Assembly (NCBI GenBank): GCA_051294905.1
Contig: CM119372.1
Location: 35,776,001-35,840,000 of the forward strand
Direction: 5' to 3'
DNA from: Botryllus schlosseri
Taxonomy: Eukaryota
DNA length: 64,000 nucleotides
Both the position numbers and the translations under genes were made by a program. The notes under the pieces were generated by a model, which was not told the origin of the DNA, did not search any database, and saw nothing but the letters and a program-made list of their open reading frames with translations. Every line of letters starts with the position of its first letter. Within the stretch, counting starts at the first letter, position 1. This document shows positions 12,873-25,100 of the stretch, in pieces.

Positions 12873-13291
12873 TAGGGGAAGCGAGTGGCGCAGTTGGTTA
12901 AGCGCCAGCGTCACGACACCAATGGTGGTGGTTCGAATCCAGGTTCGGACTAATTACTATGTGTCGGAGGTTGTCTGGGCTCCTCACCGCCGATCCCGCT
13001 GTGCTAGCAGTGTATTGAAAAGCCCAGATACAGAGTATATGCCACGCTCTTAAAAAAAAAAGTCGGCAGCCGTGACTCGAAAGACGGACGCATGCAAGAA
13101 GATATGCCTGAAGAGTGAATGAAAGAGTGATTGAAAGACGTCCCATGATCAAGCTGAAGATGAAGATGAACATTCATAACTGTACAAAGTCAATGCATCT
13201 GAACTGTACAATAAATCTGTGTTGTGACGCACAAGGCCTAAACGGCGATAAGCGTCACTGTAGTACCGTGTGTAATAATAATAATAATAAT
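12873..13291 (+). mobile_element. tRNA-derived SINE, full length
   Basis: A box TGGCGCAGTTGG (12886-12897), B box GGTTCGAATCC (12930-12940) and (TAA)n tail. 12-bp TSD AACTGGGGCAAT. The empty site is in the homologous MITE near 59220. Confidence 0.9.
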
Positions 13292-14169
13292 AACTGGGGC
13301 AATCAAATGATATAATAATCGCATAAAATCGATATCTTCCGTCGCTTTGCCAACAATTTCGACGAGGTCTTTTAAGGTAATACATAAGTTTACGCCTTAA
13401 CGGCCTAGGCCAGACCGGACAATGTTTCCGGCGTCTGAGTATTGCTACGTTGGAATTGAGCAGAGTGTTTCTATATACTTGCTACCGATAATACCCCCTT
13501 AAGTTTATACAGAAGTTAGCCAACACCCCAATCGCACTGATTTGTTTTTTTTTTTACGGTAGGTCTACAATAAATATATGAAGTTAAGATTGACCCCTAC
13601 GCCTGCTAGATTTTTGTTACATCAGACAACGATATCAATTTCATTGATTGATTGAATAAGTATCTTTCGCTGACCAGGCTACACGTAATGTATTTCGCTC
13701 TAGATGTTGTGTGATTGTGGGTCGATCTCACAGCAGAGAGTCACTATATTCACAAATGGAAAGCTAAATATTCCGAGCAAACTTTTGTATCATAAAGCAA
13801 GTAAATTTTTTGAGATTGTCAAGGTGCTTGCTCGTTTGGTGTTGATTCTTATATGCCGCCAGTGTCATGCATAGCGTGGCCGGCAGTTGAAATGCAATAA
13901 ATTTCAACCAGAGCATGTTATAATGAAGTGAAAATTGTAATATATGAAAAATGTTTACAGTGCAGAACCTATCAAGGTTCGTTTGCGAACGTGAACCTCT
14001 AAATATCTGAGGTTCACGCACAGAACGCGAACGCGAACGTCAAACGTTCACACCGTCCCTATATTTAGCTACTTATAGTTCTTTCATCGCACCATTCCTG
14101 TTCTGTTCATTGGTGACTCGTTCTTTGAGTGTTACAATCACGACTCACCACGACTGGCTTGAACAGATC

Positions 14170-14553
14170 GCGACAAGGAAAGGAAAATTAACGACGAAAA
14201 CAACTGGGCTTTCAACTCTGCGCGGAACGAGGAATTTGTTTTCGCAGGGATTTCAAGTTTAAAACGACGCCACTAACAGTTTCATCTTGAGTTCGAAAAT
14301 AAGTATTCACCTGGCCCACCGGATCTTTGGAAAAAAGCGTTGCAAGAGTCAAGCCCAGCAATCCATATTCAAGGCAATAACGTTAAAGAGGCATTGCTCA
14401 AAATTGCTTGGAATATCGCTGAAGCCAAGAAGTCAGGTATTCAACATGGACTTTTAAGAAAGACTGTGTGAACTCGCTGTTTCTGGAATTTAGGAACAAG
14501 GACAAAGTAACCGGGAAAATTTCGAAGTTACAGTTGTCTGATTAAACCGTGAC
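14170..14553 (+). pseudogene. hAT Charlie/Buster transposase N-terminal remnant
   Basis: Broken reading frames give RKINDEN..FNSA.NEEFVF, KIAWNIAEAKK and KISKLQLSD*TVT, typical of Buster/ZBED5-type transposases. Confidence 0.7.
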
Positions 14554-15745
14554 CAGGGCCGTAACTGCCGCACCCCAACCCCCCCCCCCCCCCCAATTGG
14601 GAGAGCGAGCTCGAAGGGGGCCCAAAATTATTTCGTGAATTAGCATAAATTGATGAGTATTTTCTGAAAATATATGCAACTTTTTCAAAAAATTTTGCGC
14701 TCTGCGTGATTACAAGTCGCCAATTTCTTTATTATTGGGTACTCTTCCCGCAAGAAAAAATACACATGATTTATAAAGAAATGGGCATATCGGCGTTGGC
14801 CATTACCGCGCCATGACGCGCCTCGACATGTAAAGTTTTAGGCCATGCAACATGCGACTCCAAGAAGTGCATGAGCCAGAGAACGATCGGTAGCGAGAAA
14901 ACCTTGGCCGTAATACGTAAAGGACTGCCCTTATGCTGACTGAAAACTTCGTTATATATACGAAATAGCCTACCTATTGGCCGAATTGTCCATAGGCGCC
15001 CAAATGACTGGCGCCAAATGTTCCTGTCTTGGCAATCTGAACCTCACAAAACAAATACCATCCCGCAGGAACAAATTATATGCCAGTGAAGAAATACCAA
15101 TCTGAAATCGTGCGATCTTCGAGTTTAGTACGTTTGGGCGATTCTATGTTTTTTGATATAGCAGGCAGGAGGTAACGGAATAACATCAAGTAACGAAGTC
15201 ATATCAACGGGGCCGCCCGCCCGAAGATGTTCAATTATTATTTACGGGCTCTACAGTTTCAAAGACACCTCACTCAGCTATACCGGTAAATGTGATTACG
15301 TGAGCAGAGAGGACAAGAAATTGATAAAGCTAAATTTGCAATTCCCGGTCTTATTGACCGATTTTGTCATGAATTATCGAACATTTCCGCACTTCGCGCT
15401 GGCTCACTGAACGTTACGGCTGTAATTACGTGGCAAATACGAACAACGTGATGGGGGGGGGGGGGGTCCGTTTATCACCTTATGGGAGCGCAATAGACTC
15501 AAGTTTTTTGGGGGGCCTGACGAAGTGCTGTTTCGTTCCTGCCAACGTGTATACACCGGGAGATGTTTAATTATTACTGAGGAGTCCTACCTTTTCAAAC
15601 TCGCCTCATTCAGCTCTACCGGTAAATCAGATAACGTGATCACAGAGAGGATAAAAATTGATAGCAATATATATGTAATTCCCGATCATATTGACCGATT
15701 CAGTCATGAATTATAGAAATTTCTCGCGCTTATCGCGTTTAGGCA
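14554..15745 (+). mobile_element. hAT MITE family A copy (right end missing)
   Basis: Starts CAGGGCCGTAACTGCCG and is colinear with 6148-7280. Confidence 0.85.
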
Positions 15746-16242
15746 AGAAAGGCGGACTCACTAATCGGACCCCTAATCGGCCTCCCACCAACACGCGGCT
15801 CACGAGGTCATATTTGCATATGCGGCCCGCGACCTGATCTGAAATTTCGGAAGAACGCCTAGTAAAGCATTTTGAAATGCTAAAATCGATTTCACTTAAC
15901 ATATTGTTGTTGTTCAGTAAGCTTTTCTCCTGTGCCCAATATCACTATTCTATACTAGTTGATACGATTTCGGCGATGGTAATATCATTTCATGCGGGAA
16001 CAATTTGCTGATATGAATGGGCATATTGCATTGACGGGCAATGACCCACCACTGCCAAGACCGAGACGCTTAGAAAACGAGTTCGGGCTCCCCTCTAAAA
16101 AAATCGTTACGAGGAGATAGTTTTCCAGCTGGTACCGTGTCTAGCTAACCCCATTATCGATACGCCTATTTGGTTCAGGGTGGCCAATCTGCGGCAGTAG
16201 ATAGCGAAAGTGATGCGGCCGGTAACACTTAATTTGATTAGA

Positions 16243-17560
16243 CAGTGGTTCCCAACCTTTTTGTCTTCATTCCCCACTTCAGATTTATTCCGACCCTTCA
16301 TCCCCCACCAGGACCATAAAACCCGCGAAGCGCGAAAATTTATATAACCCATGTTTGAATCGGTCAATATGATCGGGGATTGCATATATTTTGCTATTAA
16401 TTTTTTATCCCCAGCTCTCTGCTCACGTAAACAGATTTACCGGTAGAGCTGATTGAGGTGTGTTGGAAAAGGTAGGACCCCTAAATATGAATTGAACATC
16501 CTCGCGCAGATCCGTTGATATATTGACATCATTACATGATGCTATTTCGTGACCTCCTACATCTGCTATGTCAGAAGATATGGTAATCGCCCAAAACTAA
16601 AAGGCACACACGAATTTCAAATTGGTATTGCTTTACTGACAAATAATTTTCCCTGCGGGATGGCATTTGTCCTGAGGGGTTCAGATCGCCAAGGCATGAA
16701 CATTCCGCGCCAGCCAGTTGGCCGCCTATGGACAATTAAACATATATGTATATTGTATATATATCGAAGTTTTCTGTCACCACAAGGGCATTCCTTCTCG
16801 GCGAAGGTCTTCTCGCTGCTGATCGTTCTGGCACACTTCTAGGAGTCGCATGTTACATGGCCTATACCTTCATGTGCCTTGATGCGTCGTGGTGCAGTAA
16901 TGACCAACGCCGAAGTCTCCATTTCTATAAAATCCAAGTATTTTCGTGGGGGAAGGTTACCCAATAATCAAGATACTTGGCAATAACAAATCGCGAATCG
17001 CGCGCCCAGCGCAAAAAAAAATTGAAAAAGTGACATATATTTCCAAAAAAATACTCTCTAATTTATGTTAATTCACGAAATCATTTTGGGCCCCTTCGAG
17101 CTCGATTTGGGATGTGGCAGTTATGGTCCTGTTTCCCCCTTACCCAACACTTTTGTCATCACAGAGCAGCTATTTGCTGGTTTGACTACAGAAGACACAC
17201 AACCACACCAGTACGCAAGACAATCGCTTATACCTGCAACGTAAAACGTATTGTTAACTGATATCAGTAACACTCAAAATGTCGTGAAAGCGTTATTTCA
17301 CGTCTAACTAGTCGTGCTGGATGAGTCTGTGACGTCATCATTGGCCGTCCAGAGTTGAAAATCAGGTTTGGTGAACAACACGCAATATAATTTTCGATGC
17401 ATACATTCCAGAACATTTAACTGGTAACGGTAGTTGCGCATGTGTCTTCATGAATATGAAGACTGTCCTGTAGATAATTTTGAACAAATGCGTGTATCCC
17501 CCACTAGAAACCCCTGCATTCCCCACCAGTGGGGAATTCCCCACCGTTTGGGAACCACTG
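16243..17560. mobile_element. hAT MITE containing a partial inverted family-A copy (~16320-17131)
   Basis: CAGTGGTTCCCAA / TTGGGAACCACTG TIRs. GATTAG occurs at both flanks. Confidence 0.75.
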
Positions 17561-18101
17561 GATTAGGATGTGTTGGCGGCCGTCAGTATTCATATTGAAT
17601 TTACAAATCAACTTCCTAATTAATGAGGTTTGAATTATTATGGATTTGTTTTCGCGCTCACGTGCGGTTCAGTACGGGTGGATTTTCGATTTTAATATAG
17701 TAGTGTCCTTTCTAATCTGAGCCCCACAGACAGTACAGATGAAAACAGCAGAGGAAAATGATGCGCCCCATAAAAAAATACCATTTTTTAATCGTTTTCT
17801 CCTCGACACGAATGAAATTAGTTTCTGGTAGGCCGACGTTTGGGCGAATCCAATGTCTTTCCAAGACAATCCTCATGGGAGGTCAAGTAATAACAGCATG
17901 CTAAAAAGGGGGCTAATAACAATTGGCCCCCTCAAAGATAGAACACAGCATTATTAACTTCCCTGCATTTTCTAAGACTTGCATCAGCTGAAGGCTTACG
18001 ATTGAATCTGATCACATGGGCTGAGAACGGATGAATATTTGATAGTATAGGCTAATATATGAAACTATACAAAAATGAATGACGAAATTCACTCATGAGT
18101 A

Positions 18102-19061
18102 GGGGAGATGTGGTACCGATAGATCACTGGGACCGAAAATACTTGTAAAATTTTCTATGATAATCCCATGATTACATTCCGTGAGCTTGTCTACAATTGC
18201 ATGCTGACAACACCTTTCCTCACATACAAAAAAATTCGACGTGCGCGAGCTATGGGGTCTCTGACAGATGTTTTTTGTTTTGGGGGGTGTAAACTAAATT
18301 TTGATCGACGCATACATTTTCCTCTGTAGCCTTTACCACGAACAAACCAGCAATCATTTTTAATGTGAAGTGTAGGGCTTGTATCAGGCTATATAATGGC
18401 ACATATTATTTTATTCAATACCTTCCTTGAGCGGAATTTTTTTCAATTCATGTATCAAATTCGTAGGGTGAGGACCGATGATACAGTAGCCAAATCAAGC
18501 AAAATAATCAAGCATACTAATCTTACAACAACTGACACATGCCTACGTACAGAAATTCTTTATGTCATAATTGCATATGATGTTTTATCGCAATAACGAG
18601 GTATTTGGAAGTCACAATGTCGATTTTCGGAAAATATGTATGTACCCTCAAATTTATCAGGTCGAGCCTAAATCGAAACGTGATTTTATGGCAAATTTAA
18701 GGTATTATTAATTGTATTTTTCGACGGTTGCAACCAAACATTCTTATTTGGCTTGCTGTAGCTTACAATATAATACACAGAAGAGAGAAGTTGTCACATC
18801 TGAGTTTTTGAGAGTATGTCTCATAGGTCCCCGGGTCGTGTGCCATTGGACCCATCGGGTGGGGACCGATGACACTTTCGAGCAACAAATTTTGAACACT
18901 CATAAATATTCTTTGAAAAGACGGATATTCATGTATGTGCGCGCGATATGTAGAGCTTGTATCAAAGTGCTGAGCCAGCAAAAGATCTGCTGTTTTCGGC
19001 TGAACATTTTGGGGCCAGCGATCATTTTCCAATTTTTGATCCATCGGTCCCACATCTCCCC
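18102..19061. mobile_element. Tc1/mariner-pogo-like MITE
   Basis: TIRs GGGGAGATGTGG(T/G)ACCGAT(A/G)GATC and TA TSD (18100-18101, 19062-19063). Confidence 0.75.
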
Positions 19062-19137
19062 TACGCCAAAATGTTCGCGCTCCCTGCGCCTACATAACGA
19101 ATCCCGGTGGCTATTAAAACATGACTATACTCACGAT

Positions 19138-20651
19138 CAGGGCCGTAACAGCACTTAGTCAGCCCCCCCCCCCAAAACTTTGGTCTTGGGCCCCCCATAG
19201 GGTTATAGACCGAACTTCGCCGATACACTTTTGCCGCTATTCCTCATATTTATTGGGAGTTAGTTTAGTGAATCACATTTTGTCGCCTAAGCGCGCGAAG
19301 CGCGGAAAATTTCTAGAATTCATGATTTCATCGGTCAGTATGATCGGGAATTGCATATATTGTTATCAATTTTTATCTTCTCTCTGCTCACGTAATCAGA
19401 TTTGCCGGTAGAGCTGAGTGACGTGTGTTTGAAAAGGTAGGACCACTCAATAATAATTATACATATCTTCGGGCGTATACATGTCGGCAGGAACGAAACA
19501 GCACATGTCAGGCCCCAAAAAACGTGGGTCTTGGGCTCCCACAGGGTGAGAAAACGACCCCCCCCCATCACGTTGTTCGCGTTTGTCACGGAATTATCTG
19601 TACTGTACTGTGAGCCAGCGCGAAGCGCGAAAATTTTCGATAATTTATGATAAAATCGGTCAATCAGATCGGCGATTGCATATATAGCCTATTATGCTAT
19701 CAATTTATTGTCCTCTCTACTCACGTAATTAGATTTACCGGTAGAGCTGAGTGAAGTGTTTTGAAAACGGGAGGGCCCGTAAATAATGATTAAACATGTT
19801 CGGGCGGGCGGACCCGTTGATATGACTTCGTTACATGATGTTATTTCGTGACTTCCAGTCTGCTATATCAAAAAAATATAGAATCGTACAAACGTAGGCT
19901 TTTAAACTAAGAGAGAGAGAGATATGATATGCTTTCTCGCCTGCACCATCGAGATGCTTTGGCGACGGAGTTGCGATACGGCCCCATGAGGTCATCTAGT
20001 CTGCGCCCCCGTTTTTTTTTCTCCTCCATGCTATCCGTGATTGCTGAGCGCCTAGCAGGATAGCTGCGGATACCATTTTTCGAGTCTTTGGTATGACCCG
20101 GCCGGGGATCGAACCCACGACCTACCGCTCGAGAAGCCGGACGCATAACCATTACACACACGATTTCAAATTGGTATTTCTTCACTGGCATAAAATTTTT
20201 CCCAGCGGGATGGTATTTGTCTAGTGAGGTTCAGATTGCAAAGACAGGAACATTCGGCGCCAGTCATTTAGGCGCCTATGGAAAATTAAACCTATATGTA
20301 TTTTATATATATGACGAAGTCTTCGGTCTGCATAAGGGCATAGACCTTTTCGGCCAAGCTTTTCTCGCTGCCGATCGTTCTGGCACACTTCTTGGAGTCG
20401 CATGTTATATGGCCTGAAACTTGATTGTATGTCTTGGTGGGTCGTGGCGCAGTAATGGCCCAATACCCAATAATATAGATAAATGGCTACTTGAATTCGC
20501 GCCCAGCGCGAAAAAATTTTGAAAAAAACTGCATAAATTTTCAAAAAATACTCTATGATTTATGCTAATTCACGAAATAATTTTGGGCCCCCTTCGAGCT
20601 CGGGCCCCCCCCCCCAATTGGGGGGTTTGGGGTGCGGCAGTTACGGTGCTG
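19138..20651 (-). mobile_element. hAT MITE family A, full-length inverted copy with SINE insertion
   Basis: Termini as in 6148-7462. Perfect 8-bp TSD CTCACGAT. Confidence 0.9.
19911..20157 (-). mobile_element. tRNA-derived SINE with Meta/MESC-like central domain
   Basis: B box GGTTCGATCCC, then GGTCATACCAAAGAC..AAAATGGTA..CCTGCTAGGCGCTCAGCA, and a (TC)n tail. It is absent from other family-A copies. Confidence 0.75.
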
Positions 20652-21149
20652 CTCACGATTTCGGTGCGCATATGAGCCAATATGAGTAAATAAGAAATTA
20701 GTCCGTTGTTCATCGGCAATAGACATGGGCAGTTTAACGTCGGTAGTTGACCTCTAGTTAGATCAAAACGACAATGCACTGGAAAGCGGTCATATGCTAC
20801 ATATAAGCTTAATCGAAATGTGAGTGGAAAAAGGTTGACCACCCTGCTTGAGTTGCTGAGGAGTGTTGTCAGGTATCGTGTGCAGCTCATATAGTTCAAA
20901 ATGGAATGAAAGTGCAGATCATGATATTTTTTGTTGTATTTGTATATCTTCAATAAAATATTATTTCTTTGTGGTAACTGTGCCCGTCGCCCATGTTAGA
21001 GTACACAGCGTTATACTGACGTAGAGTTATATCAAAACGTTGTTGTTCTCTGTTGCCAATTTTTATCTCGATATTGAAGTCATGCGGCCCGCGGCCTCTA
21101 CGAATTTTAAAAAGTGTCACGCGACCCATTCTGAGTAGGCGACTACTGG

Positions 21150-21700
21150 GTTAGACTTTTACCAAATATGTAAGCTACGGCATTCTCCCAACCATTTCAC
21201 AAAAACGCATCAGTCTCCGCTTCGTCTTTCAAATCTCTCATTTGAATATTTGCTACTGCGACCAAGGGTGACCCATTTGGTTCTGGTGGGGTACCGGAAG
21301 CCCGCGTTGGTGACCTCTGTCCCTGAATATGTTCCGCATCGTATTTCCATGTACAAATGCAGTGTATTCTTGAGGTTGCAATTTCACCGACTTACAGTCA
21401 ACAATACAAAATGAAACAGACATGAAAAATTGTCCTTGAATAAATACTAACCCTACATAGTTTACCGGACCACAACCTGACATATTGATCCCGACTTTCA
21501 AGACATGCCGCCGTTTTATCACCTGTCCTTTCGTGATATCTTTTAACACTTTTCATTCAATGTGCATGCCTCCTTTTTACATCGCCCACGAAAGGTGGGT
21601 GTCTGATTTCGAAGACTGCTCCAAGTCGTTTCGAAACCTTCCTATCTTTCATTGTATCACAGTGTAGTGGTGTAATGAAAAAATTTTCAACAATAAATTG
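21150..21700 (+). mobile_element. LINE 3' end (decayed ORF2 terminus plus 3' UTR)
   Basis: The 3' part is homologous to 33868-34192 and 36022-36303. It ends in AATAAA. Confidence 0.6.
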
Positions 21701-22121
21701 AATTTTATATAGTTCACCGCTGAGTCCGAGTCATATTGTTGACACACAGTGTTAGCTGTTCATTATCGCGTTCAAGCCAGGTTCACCCCGCCGAAATATC
21801 CAGACATAAATCGAGCTCAGTGATACATCTGTATTATAAAGTATAGTGATCGAAAGTGGAATACACAAGAAGAGTTACTCTGAAGCATTTCGTGTGAGGA
21901 TACGTTCACAAATTGAACGGTGTAAAAAATATCGTTTAAAGCTCAAGTGAAAAAGATATGGTCCGTGATCAGACGATTTGAATAACACGGCTATCCTTGA
22001 TTCTTGAGCAATTCTAACTTCATAAATATGTATGAAACAAGGAAGCTGGCAAAGCCCGAGCGGTGATCATGGAAATGCAATTCTTCGTTAATGTCTGTCA
22101 TTCCCAATGGGTCACGTTCGA

Positions 22122-22162
22122 CTATGAGGCTTCCAGCGCCACTCTTTCGGTCTGTTTCGCTT
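22122..22162 (-). CDS. CHMP6: CHMP6 exon 6 (last coding)
   Basis: ttccag acceptor, (E)AKQTERVALEAS*. Confidence 0.85.
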
Positions 22163-25100
22163 CTGGAAAGAGAAGTACATGGTTGCTGCTTGCTAGGAGT
22201 ATTTACAATGACATTTAAACACAGGAAGTATTGTTTGTGCGAGTCCGACTAATTAGGTCCTGAGCAGGTCTTAAAAATACTCAAGTAGTTTCAAAAGAAT
22301 TTTTCTCTGCGTCTCATACTTTTTAGCCTTCTATCGGAGGTGACCCCCCGCACAATCAGTGGGATGTTAGCTTTTGATTAATAAGTTTGGGATAAATTTC
22401 ACGCTAAGGCTGCCTGCCAGCTTTAATATTACCAAATTTAGCTACTATTAGGCGGTGGCAGCAGGGTTGTAACCAAGTCAGAAGGTTCCCAGTACCAAGT
22501 CATGTTTACTTTATATTATTTCAACTAAAGCCAAGTTGAGCCATTTTCAACTCACTGCTGAGCCAAAGTCAGGGAGCAAGGTTCGAGTCCAAGTCACAGT
22601 GTTCGCTTTACATTCTCGAGTTCAAGTCAAGTTTAACACCCTTTGGTGAAACCAAAGTGTCCTACAATGGTGTGGACACAAGCGAATCTCGCGGCTCGCT
22701 GCGATTGGTCTACGTCACAATATCCATTTGGCCAAAGGCAATTCAAGGTAATTTTTGATAGATTTGCCGGGCGCGAAAATTATTAAATTGGTATCAATAG
22801 AAAGCTACCACGGTACTGATTGCAAAAATAAAGAATTAGTCCGCTCGTGGTCCTGGAACCCCCCAAAAATCAGCCTCCAATGTTGCATTGTATCGGAGTT
22901 TGGTATTGTAATGCAACAATGCCGTCTGGAATTTACGGCGAAGCAAGTTCGCATGAGTGCGAATGCTCAATGGCTTGCGCAAAAATGGCCAATACCCTGC
23001 GGTTTGCGCTGCTTTTCTCCCGCACCCAGGTTGCGTCACAATCCCAAACTCCGTTACGATGGAGCATTCGAGGCAATACACTAATTGACTAAGTCGAGTC
23101 GAGTCATTTTCCTTTTTTAAAGAAAATGACTCGAGACAAGTCAACGAAAATGCACGACAATTCGACGAATTACAAAAACCCACTAAGAATGCTTGTCTTC
23201 AAATGACCTCCACGAGCACAACGCTTACCTTTCTGCGTTTGAACCGGAACGTTCGGCTCATCAGCCGGCACATCAGGAAGGCTCGGTACCGCCTCTTGCG
23301 ACTGTTCTGCCTCGGTGATGGCTTCCAATTCAGCCAAGATGCTGCTCTCGTCTTCATCCGTCAGAGCGCCGGCCAGAATCTCGTTGAGTTGCTGCACGGA
23401 AGAAATGTCAGGGTCAAAACGATACCTTTTTTTATCACGGACTGAAGAAATCACATTCCCCTAAAACCAGGGCTGGGTATCATCGAGTGGCAGTACTAAG
23501 TGATTTGACTCTGAATATAGTTTTGAGTCGAGTCAAGCATTCGAGTATCACTCATTGTGATAAGTCTAAATGAGGAAAGTTGAACAATTCACTTATTACG
23601 TGACCACAAAGAATACAATGCAGTTCCACGTCACATTGAATAATTTTTTCTCTACCATGCCTATTTCATTGCACATTCTGACAACTGAAAATGCAGAGAT
23701 TATGATGGATATGTCATTTCAAAAAACGGGGTAGCTTTGTAGTAGTAGGTCTACATCAGTGGTTGATAACGTGGGCGATATTGCCAGGGGCGATTTGGCG
23801 GCCTAGGGGGGGCGAAAATGACGAAAGGGGGGATAGGGGGCGTAAATGGACAAAGGGGGCGACAGGGGGCCAAAATAGCGAAGACGCGTTAAAACGGCTA
23901 TAATGTAGTCAAGTCGATAAAACGACCTTTTTTTTTAGTCAACCCACGGAAATTTAGTTGCAAAAGTGTAAAATTCGACAACGAGCCGAAAAGTTGACTT
24001 TTTTTTTTTAGTCAACCCGCTGATGATTATAGATTGTATGCCGATTTTTTTGGTTCGCAAAATTTGGGGCGCGATGATCGGCGTTGAGGTTCAAAATGGG
24101 GCGATGGGTCGAAAAAGGTTGGGTACCACTGGTCTACATGTTTCGCATGGCAAGGAGCGTGCAATGTCAGTACTCGAAAAATTCATCTCTTCCAACTAAC
24201 TCGGATCATTACGAATGAATACTCCATTCAGATTTCAGTAGTCAGCCCTACCCGAACGGTAGTTACAAGCTCAGGAGGCAGAATTATTTTGGGGGGTTGA
24301 TTACTTCCAGGCGTATTGCGTCTGAGATGAAAAAATGACCATAACATAATTTGAAAACGTAAGAAGACCACAAAAGTCGAAAATATATACACATCTGTAG
24401 GGCCCCCTATTCAAGAAAATTTACGCGGTACTCAAACTCATCTTGCTTCAAAATAGATACCTGTACCGATTTCCCAAAGCATGTATATACTTGGAAATTT
24501 GCCATACGGTTCCAATTCATTCAAGTACTGGCAAGGCAGAAGGCAGTTACCTATAGATTTGAATCGATTGAACTCAGTCACAGCAAGGTAACGCAACTAA
24601 CGTGGCGAGATTATGTGCAGGTAATTGTGGCTTGAACAGCCCCTATGCATAACAGGGGTGTCAGGTCAACATCGAGAAAACCATTACCAAGAACGGTCAC
24701 CGCCGAGAATGTATGGGCTATTACCGAGTACGGACATATGCCAGATCCGGAGCTGATTCTCAGGTATAAATTTCTCGCCAACGTGCGTCTCATTATGTTT
24801 GATTCACGGCATTAGCCATTCTCGGTAATGGTTTTCTCGGTATTGGTATAGAACCATAACAGGAGTCACAAAGATGTGTCCTGCATAACGGTAACTGACT
24901 GGATATAATATCGAAGACTGTACTATTTGTAGCGGAATCAGTCGCAAAGATGCATTCTGCATTTCCGAAAATGCACATTTTCGATTCAAACTGTTTACAG
25001 CAAGGTCACCAACACGGAGCCCGCAAGGTTATATTTTGCGGCCCGGCATCTGACCCGAGACTACGGAAAATTGATATAGTTTCACTTTCAAATATTGTTG

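Larger units (their letters stand above)
11512..14061. mobile_element. MITE with GAACGCGAAC subterminal repeats, hosting a hAT MITE and a SINE
   Basis: Homologous in reverse to ~56815-59460. ATTTAGC is repeated at both flanks. Confidence 0.7.

Noticed and set aside
12873..12950. Functional tRNA gene (also ~25665-25737 and ~20095-20157)
   Set aside because: A/B boxes are present, but each continues into a SINE body and tail. No convincing cloverleaf.
12963..13028. HDV-like or twister ribozyme in the SINE domain
   Set aside because: No distinct P3/P1.1 or conserved catalytic C in the A-rich joiner, and twister core motifs are absent.
13107..13147. Hammerhead-like CTGAAGA...GAAA...GTC
   Set aside because: Helices I and II do not pair.
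22040..22110. SECIS-like ATGA..AA..GA in the CHMP6 3' UTR
   Set aside because: The stem does not form and the CDS has no in-frame TGA.
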